A DNA stretch of 64,000 nucleotides from positions 7,213,694-7,277,693 of the forward strand of contig MU063673.1 in the NCBI GenBank assembly GCA_013265495.1. Direction: 5' to 3'. Position numbers and translations under genes: made by a program. Position 1 is the stretch's first letter. Each line of letters begins with the position of its first letter. Positions 1 to 11,047 of this stretch are shown piece after piece. The notes below the pieces were generated by a model. The model was given only the letters and a program-made list of their open reading frames with translations. It had not been told where the DNA came from and did no database searches. Source of the DNA: Vicugna vicugna. Taxonomy: Eukaryota.

Positions 1-155
1 CCGAACGAGCGATCCCCAACCAACGCCAAACGGAGCAGAAGCACCGCCCGGCCAGCCTGGCTGACCCACGGAACTGGGAGAAACCGCAAATCGCTGTTAT
101 CTGAAGCCACCGAGCTGCAGGCTGGTTTGTTATAAAACAGTAAATAACCGATATA
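1..155 (+). mobile_element. 3' part of MaLR LTR (MLT1H/J-like)
   Basis: GGAGCAGAAGCACCGCCCGGCC...CTGACCCACGGAACT...GAAGCCAC...GGTTTGTTATAAAACAGTAAATAACCGATATA follows the MLT1 3' terminus; cut by the window start. Confidence 0.75.
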
Positions 156-1137
156 GCTGGAAAGGGGTCATCTGCAGTAGAAGGAAGTCAAGAAAGGGAG
201 GATTGATGAGACAAACCTACTCCGCTACCAGTTTGCCTGGTTCCCGATGCCCTGGCTTTGTGAGTTTTTAAAAAGGGAACTTAACAACCATGATTTCCAT
301 AGACAGGTGAAGTCCGTGTTCCCAAGTACTAACCTACAATATGCATCTGGAACACAGCTTATTCAGTGTTCTGAATTCATTCACTGCACTTCTTAATCAT
401 TCACTGCACTTCAGCACCCATTCCTGACCTTGAAGTATCAGTGTTCATTCACGCGTCAGACTATGGCCTGTATGTAAAGCAGACATGTGATCCCAGGTCA
501 GCCCTAGCCTTTCCAAGGGTAGCGCTGTATAACTTTCTCTCTCTCTATATATACAACTCTCTGTGTACTATACCCAGTGTCGTGCATCTAGTGTGATGAT
601 GGGTAATTGTGTGTTCATCAGTACTTTTTGCGACAATCTGTTTATTGAATCTGATTTCATTCTAAAAGAAAAGAATGAATCCCCAGGTCTATATAGCTTC
701 CCCAATGAAAGCCTTTATTTACTTCAAAACAAATGGTTCTCAGAGGAAAATCCCCTGTTCCGATCCAGCAGAAGACAGTTGTTGGTTAGTTACTGGTAAA
801 AGTGCTTTCCAGGGAGAGATTAAGCATGCCATTGGAGAATCATTTTACTAAAACTACCTGCCTGGTTACTAAGGATCTTCAAAGTATTTTATAGTTCAGT
901 TAATCAAAGACAGAGGGCTTCAGTTTTGTAATTTCAGAAATTAAGGCAGGATTAAAATGGTGGCTTGAAAGTGTGGTGGTGGCAGTGATTCTCCACCCGC
1001 TGGAGGGCTAGAAGTACCTGGAATCGTTCCAGTCCAAGACCCACAGGTTGGACCTAACTGTTCTGGGGTAGGCACCAGGCAACAGGATTTTTTTATGTTC
1101 CCTAAGGGATTCTGACATCCCCTTATGATTGAGTACA

Positions 1138-1226
1138 TGGTTGAAACACTTCAGGCTTTGGGGTACTTCTTAGAAATGAAACTTCTGGGGCTCCATCCTC
1201 ACCTACTAAATCAGAAAGTGAACCAA
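1138..1226 (+). mobile_element. MER5-type hAT-Charlie MITE fragment
   Basis: TTCTGGGGCTCCATCCTCACCTACTAAATCAGAA resembles the MER5 core. Confidence 0.45.
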
Positions 1227-1418
1227 ATGAAAACAGCTGTGCTATGTGATACAAATTCAAAGGGCTAAGGAGAACTGCCTCTGTCCCTTCTTTGTTCCTC
1301 AATATCTACTTAAACTTCCATAAATACAGAACCCTTCTTACACTCGTTAAAGGATCTTATTTTTTAATAGGATTGTAAAAGTCTAGTAGCAACATTTAAA
1401 AATAAAATTAAAATTACA

Positions 1419-1560
1419 AAATGTTATGATAAATCACAGAGAAAGAAATGTGACAATGAGTGTGTATATGTCCATGAATGACTGAAAAATTGTGCTGAAC
1501 ACTGGAATTTGACACAACACTGTAAAATGATTATAAATCAATAAAAAATGTTTAAAAAAT
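1419..1560 (+). mobile_element. Lineage-specific (camelid-type) L1 3' end
   Basis: GAATGACTGAAAAATTGTGCTGAACACTGGAATTTGACACAACACTGTAAAATG...CAATAAAAAA with an A-rich tail. Confidence 0.7.
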
Positions 1561-1719
1561 TAAATTAAATTAAAATGCATTATTTTATTTATGATTCTTT
1601 AATTTGCTTTTTTTGTTATACCAGAAAGGAAAAGCAAAAAGAATAAAAATAGCTACATGACTGCTTTGAAAATAACCTTATTAGCATTCTGATATAAATT
1701 TTCTTTTTTTAAAAAAGAC

Positions 1720-2310
1720 GATCTTACTGTCCATACTGTTTGATAACCTTCTTAACCTGCTTTTTCACTTAACAGATCTTTTACATACTACTGTATTACT
1801 CAGTGTTTTTAGATGTCACACTTTTATAGTTGCCTATATTCCATCATAGGAATATGCTGAATATATTTTATCAAACCATTAGCAGTTGTCTCAGATTTTT
1901 GCTTTTATAAATGCTTTTCTCTGATTATTTCATCATGGCAAATCATGATGCCATCCTTAGGATAAGTCCCTATGTGTGGTATCCATAGATCAAAGTGTAT
2001 ACACCCTTTAAGGCTATTGATGCACATTGACAAATTGTCCTTTTAAAAAATGCACCATTAGCAGTGGAAGAAAGCACCAATTCCCTCGCACCATGTGGTG
2101 ATGCTATATATGACCACTTTGTTTAATCTGTGCCACTTTAGCAGGATGTACTCGTTATTCTTTAATGAGGTTAAATCTTTGTGTCACTTAAAAATTTATA
2201 GCCCATTTACATTTATTTTTATTCTTTATCCATTCTTTAAAAAATTGTGACTATTCAGTTTTCTTCCTATTGAATTTAAAAAGCTTTTTACATACTAAGG
2301 ATTCTTTCAT
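1720..2310 (-). mobile_element. Old L1 (L1ME-like) fragment
   Basis: Degenerate antisense L1 3' region (TATTCCATCATAGG, CCTTAGGATAAGTCCCTA..., CATTGACAAATTGTCC). Confidence 0.7.
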
Positions 2311-2569
2311 CAACATACGGAGGCAAAAATAGCAAGCACTCAATTGAGTAGCATCAGAATGAGTTAATTTCAATTCCATTTAATCGAAATAAATTCTAAT
2401 AGTTTGGCTGGATTGCATCATTGTAAATGTATATTTACATATAAAGAATCAGGATATCTCCTTTTTTCTAGGACTGCATGACACTGAACAAATATCATCT
2501 TTCTCTGATGATTGAGTATCTTCTGGTGCCTTATGGTGATGGCTCTGAACTTTCCATTGTATAAAGAAT

Positions 2570-2720
2570 GGGATTCAGAAAGTCTGAGTCCTGGTTCCAC
2601 AGCTACAGTTTGTACATCCTAGACTAAGACAAGCAATTAAACCTCGCAAGGCCTCAGTTTCCTCCTCTTAAAACAGAACTAACAAAATGACCTCTGTCTC
2701 TTATGGTGACTGTGAGAGCC
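2570..2720 (+). mobile_element. MIR SINE
   Basis: MIR core GGCCTCAGTTTCCTCCTCTTAAAA. Confidence 0.65.
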
Positions 2721-2721
2721 A

Positions 2722-3125
2722 GTAAGCAGGTTAAGCACACGGATTTCAGAGACTGACTATCTGGATTTGAATCCCCATGCTGCCCTTTAAAAGCTATGGA
2801 ATTTGGGCAAATTCTTAAACCCTTTGGGCTTTAGTTTCCTTATCCATAAAATGAAGATAAGAATAAAATTTATCTCTTCAAGTGGATACAAGGACTAAAT
2901 GAATGAAAATACACCTAGCACTTTAGAACAGTGCCTGCCTGGCAGCTAGTAAGCACTATGTATTTTTTAAATTTTACTTTTGGGGGAGTAACTAAGTTTA
3001 TTTATTCATTTTTAATGGAGGTACTGGGGATTAGACCCAGGACCTCAGGCATGCTCAGCAGGCACCCTACCCCTGAGCTATACCTGCAAGCACTGTGTAT
3101 TAACACAACAATCATTACGATTAAA
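2722..3125 (+). mobile_element. MIR SINE interrupted near its tail by a Vic-1 SINE
   Basis: CTGGATTTGAATCCC...GGGCAAATTCTTAAAC...TAGTTTCCTTATCCATAAAATG...GTAAGCACT; tail resumes at about 3101. Confidence 0.75.
2964..3087 (-). mobile_element. Camelid tRNA-Ala-derived SINE (Vic-1 type)
   Basis: Reverse complement reads GGTATAGCTCAGGGGTAGGGTGCCTGCTGAGCATGCCTGAGGTCCTGGGTCTAATCCCCAGTACCTCCATT plus A-rich tail; TSD AAGCACT(A/G)TGTAT at 2951-2963 and 3088-3100. Confidence 0.9.
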
Positions 3126-3440
3126 TAAAAGAACTTCCAGTTACTCTTAACCTGAGTCCCACACAAAGGTCAGTGGTGGGCTTCTCACTGCTGTAAAGGC
3201 CACCACAGTCTTGGCAGGTGTCAAGAGCTGGCCTGAATCTCCCCAGGATGCACTCTGGAAAGGAGTTTCTGCATAACGCTCTGACATCAAATCATCAACT
3301 TGCTTTCTGGTGACTCACCTCTTTCTTTTAAATGTGGGGTGCCGGAAAACCAACTTGTTCTGTATTAGCTGGGTTATAACTGTTCAAGCCAACAAACAGC
3401 AAAGAAGAGTCGGTCGCCTTGCTTCCATCCAGGAACTCAC

Positions 3441-3503
3441 CTTCGCAAAGAGGCAGCCAAGGGAGCGCTGGAGCCAAGGTGCCCTGCGACAGGTCTGCAC
3501 CAT
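3441..3503 (-). other. Candidate first coding exon segment (MVQTCRRAPWLQRSLGCLFAK, phase 0); unverified
   Basis: Optimal Kozak AGC-ATG-G at 3503 and perfect donor AAG|GTGAGT at 3441/3440; outside recognised repeats; no homologue recognised. Confidence 0.25.
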
Positions 3504-4667
3504 GCTCCCTCTCACAGAACAGAGCAGAGGATTGCATGGAATTTTAGACGTCTCGTCCAGAGCTGGGTTAACTAAATTTCATGTTCTCTGACTGATGCTC
3601 TACACCACCTGACAAGGAAACTTCGGGTCTGAACTCTGAACATGCATCGTACTTAACACAGAAGATGATGAAAACCAAGTCTCAGCATTTTGGTCATTTT
3701 ATCAGATAAGACTCCCACTTTTGTCCCCGTGAGTTACACTGTGGAAAGGAAAATACACCCATACGGAATATGCTTGGGAATCAAAAACAAAGCCAACGCC
3801 CAAAATACGAATCAAAAACACTGCCTAGAACAACAGGCCCCAACTAATGAATTAAAATGATTGCTGGTTTCTTTAACATATTAAGCCCATCGATGCTTGC
3901 CAAAAAGCCCTTGGCTAGCTGAGGGATTCAAGCTGCATTGTTCAGCTCGAGATTGAAATCCTTCCATTCATCGCTGACATGTGAGAGACAAGACAAGGCT
4001 TTGACAGAAGAGGGGTGAGGCGCCAGATGGTTTCCATCTGTATCTCCATTGATCATACAATGAAAACCCACCTTCCCCGATCAGAGGGCAGCGCCGTACA
4101 CGGGAAATGAATACCCAGTGTTTTTAAAGGAGCATAATCACCCTTCCCAACCACAGATGCATAAATATTAATGAACGCAATCTGGTTCTAAGCAAATTTA
4201 GCGTGAACTTTCAGCAACCCTCCCTTGACGACTTCCTCCCTCTTTAACTGAATTAAGCTTCGAAGTTCTGTGATTAAAAATAGCAAACCCTACACTGAAG
4301 TTAGATCTGAGACTGAGGAAAACCTCTCCCTTCCAGCTAGTAACCAGTTAACATAGTGCATAGCTTTGCGTACTTTTTTTTTTTACACCAAAAAAGGGTC
4401 TCAATTTGAATGAGTGTTTAGCAAGTGTGAATAATGAGATATAGAATCAACACACATGTGCAGGGAATTGATTAGTAATCTATCGTTAGTAATCTATCGT
4501 GGATGCCATGTCTCCTTCCAAAAGGACTTGAGCAAACTTAGAGATTGTTACACCCAGCACCAGGAGCTGTTAAACAAGTCAATTTCTGCAAAGGCCTGGA
4601 CTACATTGTATATTAAACCATTGAACCTCAGGAGAAGAACAATGATTCTCTCTCTCTCTACCTACAT

Positions 4668-4671
<4 letters not shown>

Positions 4672-4703
<32 letters not shown>
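4672..4703 (+). repeat. (AC)16 microsatellite
   Basis: Read directly from the sequence. Confidence 0.95.
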
Positions 4704-4705
<2 letters not shown>

Positions 4706-5220
4706 TTCTTCAAACCTACCAGAGAAAGTTAACTGAGTATTAACACAGTTTTAATCACTAATATTCAAGATAAAATATTAGAGGCCTTTTGGAAATGTTT
4801 TGAACTTGCATCATTAGTATTAGAATATCTCTAACCAAGAAGACTTACAAAGTCTTCCTTCTTGACTCACTCTGAGGCTTTTATCAAAAATATCAGAAAG
4901 AGACTAAGATTTGAAAATTTCCATTAATTTCTTCTGTTGCTTCCTTTCAGTTCAAACAAGGAAAATTTGCATACTTTCTCTAGCTTATGTGTCTTTAATC
5001 TGTTGAAGCAAGCAAGGCATTTTCCAAGAAGCATATTCCACATTTTCACCACTAATGTTTCCCTGCAGATCAAAGTGGTCAGAATCCTAAAGTGAAAAAT
5101 GTCAGCTCAGTCCAAAGGTAATAAACAAAATTAAATCCATATTCTCAGCTTTAGTCCCTCATGTGACTTGAGAGAACGATCTTTTTTCTTCTCTTGTGAT
5201 ATGTACTGTTCTCATTTTGT

Positions 5221-5290
5221 TAGTAAACAAATGTCTATTGAGTACCTACTGTGTGTCTGGCATTGTGTAGGCACTGAAGATCAACACATT
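5221..5290 (-). mobile_element. L2 3' end fragment
   Basis: AAATGTCTATTGAGTACCTACTGTGTGTCTGGCATTGTGTAGGCACTG. Confidence 0.65.
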
Positions 5291-5984
5291 GGATGTTATT
5301 TCAGAGACCTCTTTCAGATATTATAAAGAATGTTCTTTGCCACATGGTAGCAGCACCACATATAGAACTGATGGGTGTCTTCAACTCTAGTGATCAAAAC
5401 CATCTCTTAGCCCCCAGTTTCCTTTCAGGAATAAGCTCTTGGCAGGATCAGTTACCAGTGTCACCAGCAATACTGGTGTTTATTTAAGGTTCAGCTTCAC
5501 CAAGTCTTGGCAAGCTTTCTTCTACCTCTCCTAGCACAATTTGGTTGTCAGCTGCATGGTCACGTGTCAGAATAACATCAATAAAGCTGGAGTCAAGGAT
5601 GAGCTGAAGCTTGCAAAGAAAATGCTGAGTATGTCAAATGCATTTTGATTATGTTCAGGACAAGAAGAACAGGAAAGGCTAGACCCATGGCTTGAACCAG
5701 ACGGTGCAGAGTTAGCATGTGACAAAGAGGAAGGAAAACAGTCCTCTCTGCTGGCTTTTGTCATTTTCATTAGGAAGAATGACTTTCCAACTGTAAAGAA
5801 GAGAACTTAAATGGTTCGTTTTAGTAGTAAACTGAGACAATGAGAAGATGGAAAGTGAGTACCAAACCGTGTTTAAGTCTCTAGAGTCAGATGCATTAGA
5901 TTTTTAGAGGTAATAGAGTGAAACAAACAAGCAACACACAAACTGTTTTCTTGTTGTTGGATATAAGAAAAGTAAATTTTGTCT

Positions 5985-6900
5985 TGATTATCAAAAGAGG
6001 GATTTGAGGGCAGTTGGGGGAGAAATGTGAGTATGGGGAACAACATCATATCCATAAAACCTACAATACTAGAAGTTATGTTTAAATATATGGCTTATGA
6101 ATACTATTGAAAGAAAGTGAAATGAGGTATTCAGTAAAGAGTAGCAATGGGTTGGGAAGGAGACATAAACAAATATATGATATATGATATGTGCTACTGA
6201 CAATATGCTATAATGTTAAATTATCGTTCACATGCATTTAAATCAAGGTATTTATACCAATGGTATCATGTGCCTATTTCAGCAAGGTGCTTGACAAAGT
6301 CTTGCAAGATATCCTGAAGTCAGATGGTAGAATATGACCTGAATGACAAAGCATGAATACATGAGGTGAACAATAGTTAATGAATTAATCAATGTCAATT
6401 GAGGTTTTGAGTTCTCATCAAAACTGCATTGATTCGGATGAGGACAGAGAACATAATCGTCACAGTTGAATGGTTGTTGGGTAGTTGAGATAATATAGTC
6501 ATGCATATTAAATGATCTCATAAAATCAATCAGATAAAATTTAGAGGGCAAAATATAAAGTATTGCATATATAAAAACATAACTGGGAAATACAGGGTGC
6601 AGAATTGGAGGAGACTTGGATGACAGAAGTTTAGAAGAAAAAAAAATGACTCACCAGAGTGATATGGCGGCAAATATGAAAAAGAAATTGTAGTGAGATC
6701 TTAGAGAAAGAGTAACAGGACTTATTCTTTATCCCCTTCATCCTGGTTTTCCATGGTGACGCTGACGGGACTTTATAACATCCTCGCATGTGCTCTGGGG
6801 AAACCATCATAAACAAGAGATAGCCCTGTTTGTTTTGTTATTGATCCACTATGGAATCTACAGAATGCTCCTGAGAAACTGGCTGACCTTGGACATAAGT
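5985..6900 (+). mobile_element. Ancient L3/CR1 LINE fossil (RT domain)
   Basis: TTTCAGCAAGGTGCTTGACAAAGTCTTGCAAGATATCCT (DFSKAFDKV-type motif), AATACTAGAAGTTATG...GCAATGGGTT and GACTCACCAGAGTGATATGGCGGCAAA match L3 RT segments in order. Confidence 0.7.
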
Positions 6901-7356
6901 GAATTCTGGAGTGAAAGATGCAAGATCCTTAGGGGAAGGTAGAAGAATGGAAAATGAAAGAAAGAAAGGAAAGTGAACACGAGGTGTTGACACAAACTGT
7001 CCAATAAAATAGAATAGAAAGACCAAAAGCAGTCTCACACAACTAAAGATTTAACTTACGAAAGCCTTGGCACTGAAGACCAAGGGGTAGAAATCTTTAC
7101 TACTCAACAATTTATGCTAGTGTAATTATTTTTCAGATGAGAAAAATAAAATTGGATCCCTGTCTCCTACCATAGAATACAAAAATATATTCCAGATGAA
7201 CTGAACACTTAAAAATAAAGATAAAATGTTAAAACATTTAGAACAAAATACAGAAGAGGGGGGAAAGGATTGATTTCTTATGCAAAATTCAAAACTTACT
7301 AGCCATAAAAGATGAGATTGATACATCTGACCACATTAAAAGTGATCATCATGTGA

Positions 7357-7795
7357 CCATATGATCTGGCAATTCCACACCTGGCATATTTTCAGAGGAA
7401 AATATAACTTGAAAAGACACATGTACCCCAATGTTCACAGCAGCACTATTTACAATAGTCAAGATGTGGTAACAACCCAAAAATCAACAGATGACTTGAT
7501 AAAGAAGATGTGATATATTTATCCACAATGAAATACTACTCAGCCATATAAAAGAATAGAATAATGTCATTTCCAGCAACATGGATGGACCTTGAGAGTG
7601 TCATTCTAAGTGAAGTAAGTCAGAAAGAAAAAAAATATCATATGATATCACTTACATGTGGAATCTAAAAAGAAAAGGACCCAAATGAACTTATCTACAA
7701 AACAGAAACAGACTCACAAACATAGAGAACAAACTTATGGTTATTGGGGGGTAAAAGAGGTGGGAAGGGGTACATTGGGAATTTGAAATTTTGCA
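7357..7795 (+). mobile_element. Young cetartiodactyl/camelid-type L1 3' region, truncated at both ends
   Basis: CCATATGATCTGGCAATTCCAC...ATGGATGGACCTTGAG...AAACAGACTCACAAACATAGAGAAC; stops before its normal 3' terminus. Confidence 0.85.
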
Positions 7796-7944
7796 CCTCT
7801 TGGGGAGTGATGGAAATGTTAGCTATCTTGATTGTGGTGGTGGGTCATGGGTGTATGTATCTATTAAAATTAATCAAATTGTTCATCTGAAATATGTGTA
7901 GCTTACTGTACAGGAATCATACCATAATAAAGGTGTTTTTAAAA

Positions 7945-8585
7945 GTACAAACTTTCAGTTATAAAATAAGTAAATATCAAGGATTTAATTTACAACATGA
8001 TTTTTTTGTATACATACTTTTTATTGAAGTATAGTTAGTTTACAATGTTGTCAATTTTTGGTGTACAGCATAATGCTTCAGTCATACATGAGCATACATA
8101 TATTCATTTTCATATTCTTTTTCATCATATGTTACAAGATATTGAATATAGTTTTCTGTGCTATACAGTATAAACTTGTTGTTTATCTATTTTGTATATA
8201 TTAGTACCTGCAAATCTCAAACTCCCAATGTATCTCTTCCCACCCCATGCCTCCCCGCCTCCAGTAACTGTAAGTTTGTTTTCTATGTCTGTGAGTCTGT
8301 TTCTATTTTACAATTAAGTTCGTTTGTCTTTTTTTACATGATTAATATAGATAACGATACTGTATGTTATATATGAAAGCTGTTAAGAGTGTAAATCTTG
8401 AGTTCTCATCACAAGCAAAAAAATTTTTTTCTATTTCTTTCATTTGGTACCCATATGAGATGATGGATGTTTTTAAACATACTGTGGTATCAAGTTTATG
8501 ATGTACATAAGTCAAATCACTGTACTCTACATGTTAAGCTTATACATTGCTGCATATCAATTATGTCTCAATAAAATGAAAGGAA
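7945..8585 (+). mobile_element. L1MA9/L1MB-like 3' end, split by an antisense L1
   Basis: GTACAAACTTTCAGTTATAAAATAAG...TGAAAGCTGTTAAGAGTGTAAATCTTGAGTTCTCATCAC...TCAATAAAA. Confidence 0.7.
8003..8335 (-). mobile_element. Young camelid-type L1 3' end with TSD
   Basis: TTTATTGAAGTATAGTTAGTTTACAATGTTG...; 8-bp TSD ACATGATT at 7995-8002 and 8336-8343. Confidence 0.9.
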
Positions 8586-10556
8586 AAAAGTTACCATCAT
8601 GTGAAATGCAAGCTATAAATTGGCAGAACTTTGCAACACCTAAAACTGATAAAAGATAAGTATTCTTTCTCCTTCTCTCCCTCTCTCTCTCTCTTTCCCC
8701 TTGTGCCTCCCCCACCCACACACACATCTGTAAACTAAGAAGAAACAGAGGGAAAATATGAACAGCATTTCACAAAAAAGGAGGCGTCAATGGTAAATAA
8801 GTATGAAAAGATATTCAACCTCATGAGAAATCGAGGCAATACTTTTTCAGACCACGATAAGAGAAATTTGAGACAGGTGAAATTTAAGAGCCTGACATTA
8901 GCAAATGATGTCCAGGACATGGAGCAACAGGAACTCTATGGCCACACTGAAGGGTGTGTCAACAGGTTCAATTTCTTTGAAAACTAATTTTGATTTAGCT
9001 CGTAAAGAATGCATCTACCCTCTGACCCAGCAATTCTACTCCTAGAGAAACTCTTATCCACAGTCACCAAGAGAGCTGTGCAAGAAAATTCATAGCACTA
9101 TTGCTTGTAATAGCAAATCACTGGAAATAAACTCCTTAACAGGAAATAACCCAAACTTCTATCCATAGAAGAACATGTAAATAACGTTCACACAACAGAA
9201 TATTCCACAGCAGAAGTAAATGAGCAAATTCTAGCCTCACACAGTAAATAGATACAGCCTATAACTACAATTGTGAATGAAAAAAGAAAAGCAAATTATA
9301 GGAAATTATACATGGCATGCTACTATTTTTATAAGGCCCACAGACAAGCTAAATTTTAAAATATTTTTATTTAGGGAGATATATATATATATATACACAA
9401 TAAATCAAAAAAATTCCTAATGATGAATGTAAAATTTACGAGAAAACTCAGTGGAGGGAAACATGAAGTAGGACAAACAAGGAACAATATATACATAGTC
9501 AGTATCAACCCTATTGCAACGTCCTCCTTCCTAAAGTGGGCATTGATTTCATGGGAGATTTATTTCATTATGAAGTTTCATAGCCTGTATGTATGTTATA
9601 ACATGTGAATATTTATAAATAAAATAAATTAAGGAGAATAGAGAGAGACATACACACACTGACCAAGGAAAGCAGGCCTTCTTAACCCCAGTAAGGCTGA
9701 CCATGCAGCATTTACGGGTGATCAAGGTGTTAAGGGATATTTTGCTTCTTTCTCTGGACTTCAGGTGGGTTATTGGTCAAGCTACAGCTTAAAATGTGTT
9801 TCTTTCTGTCTTTCTGGAAATGGGCTGGTCTGTCCAACTTGCCATTAATAATATGCCAATAGAGCAATATTACAGAGGCATACTTCCCCATAAAGGGAAG
9901 GGAACATCTTAACTGTATTCAAGACTATTAAATTCTAACTGCAATATCATGTTCAATCCTTGGAACCATATTTTGTGACAAGTATCTGACAAACTAGAGA
10001 ATTTCTAGGGGAGGTTAATGTAGACATTGGGATGTCGAAAATCCATTTCACATGAATGCCTGACTACATTTGAACTGAGAAAGAGAGGAATGATTAGAAA
10101 TGAGATAGCGGACTTCAAAAATGAAGATGAAATGCTGTCAAGTTTAAAAAACTTTAGCTTTGTTCTGCATATAGAGTGGCCACCCACTACCAATGGATAG
10201 AAATGTATTGAAGCTGATTTAAGCTTTGAAAATTAAAATATCAGCTCACAGCAGTCAGCAAGATGACTAACTCTGGATCATGGCCTATTATAGTCCAAGA
10301 ATTACCTAGAGCTGTTAAAGAATGTTATCCTTTAAAAGAAAAACAAAGCTTAGAATCTTCTTCCTTCTAACGGATTATGTCTTATACTTCAGACCAAAGG
10401 CTTAGTATATTTTTTGTCTAAAAATCTACTCATACTATATCATATTTATTCCTTGTTACTCCGTTCCAGAGACGTTGGTAAAGAATGAATGACTCTGGTC
10501 CTATGGAACTGACTCTATGGAAGTTGGGCCTAAGTTTCTTCAGCTGTAGAAGAGCA

Positions 10557-11047
10557 CCTCTCTGAATAACAGCCCCCCAATACATCCATGTTCTAGTCCC
10601 TGGAATCTGTGAATGTGTTACCATATATGACAAAAGGGATCTTGCAAATGTGATTAAGTTAAGGGTTTCACGATAAGCAGGTTGTCCTGGATTATTTGGC
10701 TGGCCCAGGATAATCACAAAAGTCCTTGTAAGAGGGGTGCAGGAGGCATCAGAGGCAGAGGAATGACTAGGTGATGCTGGAAGCAGAGATTGGAATGCCG
10801 TGCTTTGAAGACGGTGGAAGCAGCCACAAGTCAAAGAAATAGGCGGCCACTACAAGCTCTAAAAGTCCAGGAAATGGATTCTCCCTTTAGAGCCTCCAGG
10901 AAGAGCCAGGTGTGCAGACCCCTTGACTTTAGTCCTATGGAACTCATTCCAGAATTCTGACCTCCAGATTGTAAGATCAGGCATCTCTCTCGTTTAAAGT
11001 CACTAACTTGTGGTAATTTGTTACTGCAGTGATCAGAAATGAACACA
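10557..11047 (+). mobile_element. MLT1D solo LTR inserted in a MIR
   Basis: CCCTGGAATCTGTGAATGTGTTACC...CTGACCTCCAGATTGTAAGAT...GTGGTAATTTGTTACTGCAG...; MIR halves on both sides (CCTAAGTTTCTTCAGCTGTA / CTCATAGAGTTTTGGTGAGGA). Confidence 0.9.

Larger units (their letters stand above)
7120..9630 (+). mobile_element. Old L1ME element interrupted by younger L1 pieces
   Basis: AAATTGGATCCCTGTCTC... (7140), TGACCCAGCAATTCTACTCCTAG (9022) and an L1ME-type 3' UTR to about 9630. Confidence 0.7.

Noticed and set aside
4456-4560. FQKDLSKLRDC resembles the CR1/L2 RT motif LQxDLxxL
   Set aside because: Only one short motif; the flanks do not match any consensus I can recall
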